A stretch of DNA of 64,000 bases from Squalus acanthias (Eukaryota). This document shows, in pieces, positions 63,016 to 64,000 of the stretch (position 1 is the stretch's first letter; the number at the start of each line of letters is the position of its first letter). The stretch is from positions 372,001 through 436,000 of the forward strand of contig JASTWF010000334.1 of assembly GCA_030390025.1 (NCBI GenBank), written 5' to 3'. Both the position numbers and the translations under genes were made by a program. Below the pieces are notes generated by a model that was not told the origin of the DNA, did no database searches, and saw nothing but the letters and a program-made list of their open reading frames with translations.

Positions 63016-64000
63016 ACATAGGATTACATAGGATATACGGCACAGAAACAGGCCATTTGGCCCAACCAGTCTATGCCGGCGTTTATGCTCCACTCGAGCC
63101 TCCTCCTGTCTTTCCTCATCTAAATCTATCAGCATAATCCTCTATTCCGTTCTCCCTCATATGCTTATCTAGCCTCCCCTTAAATGCATCTATACTATTT
63201 GCATCAACTACTCCCGGTGGTAGCGAGTTCCACATTTTCCTCTGGGTAAAGAAGTTTCTTCTGAATTCCCTATTTGATTTCTTGGTGACTATCTTATATT
63301 TATGGCCTCGAGTTATGTTCTTTACCACAAGTGGAAAAACTCTGTATCTACTCTATCAAAACCTTCTGAGCACAAAAAAATATAAGAACTAAGACAAGAG
63401 CTAGCCGCACCTCTAGCCAAGCTGTTCCAGTACAGCTACAACACTGCCATCTATCTGACAATGTGGAAGACTGCCCAGGTATGTCCTGTCCACAAAAAGC
63501 AGGACAAATCCAACCCGGCCAATTCCCGCCCCATCAGTCTGCTCTCAATCATCAGCAAAGTGATGGAAGGTGTCATCGACAGTGCTATCAAGCGGCACTT
63601 ACTCACCAATAACCTGCTCACTGATGCCCAGTTTGGGTTCTGCCAGAACCACTCAGCTCCAAACCTCATTACAGCCTTAGTCCAAACATGGACAAAGGAG
63701 CTGAATTCCAGAGGTGAGGTGAGAGTGACTGCCCTTGACATCAAGGCAGCATTTGACCGAGTGTCGCATCAAGGAGCCTGAGTAAAACTGAAGTCAACGG
63801 GAATCAGGGGGAAAACTCTTCACTGGCTGGAGTCATACCTAGCACAAAGGAAGATGGTTGTGGTGATTGAAGGTCAATCATCACAGCCCCAGGACATCGC
63901 TGCAGGAGTTCCTCAGGGCAGTGTCCTAGGCCCAACCATCTTCAGCTGCTTCATCAATAACCTTCCCTCCAACATAAGGTCAGAAGTGGGGATGCTTGCT
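63016..64000. mobile_element. CR1 3' end (-, 63016-63365) followed by family-B LINE RT region (+, ~63385-64000, running off the window)
   Basis: NREFRRNFFTQR..WNSLP; WKTAQVCPVHKK..RPISLLS..ALDIKAAFDRV; GVPQGSVLGP. Confidence 0.88.

Overview
This is vertebrate genomic DNA, very probably from a cartilaginous fish, judging by HE1-type V-SINEs, HER1/CR1 LINEs and the Harbinger families. Most of the window is nested transposable elements: CR1 LINEs, a second CR1-group LINE, L2, SINEs, PIF/Harbinger DNA transposons and MITEs, solo LTRs, and a 33-bp minisatellite of about 11.4 kb. The ORF track misses a + strand host gene: three intact exons (31242-31382, 45341-45452, 57413-57486) splice in frame into the C-terminal part of a C-type lectin domain with WIGL, EPN and WND motifs, followed by AATAAA. 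Its 5' exons are not in the window. Main observations: (1) a dead, MITE-interrupted duplicate of the 141-nt lectin exon differs from the live exon more than the co-duplicated intron does, mostly by amino-acid changes; (2) two near-identical CR1 copies lie 30 kb apart, and the second carries 52 bp of the first copy's genomic flank plus a second tail, which looks like a local 3' transduction; (3) a LINE carries a tRNA-SINE core at its 5' end; (4) a complete two-gene Harbinger is present; (5) a 4066-bp LTR-plus-minisatellite unit is tandemly duplicated inside the last lectin intron. All family assignments are by eye. No database search was run.
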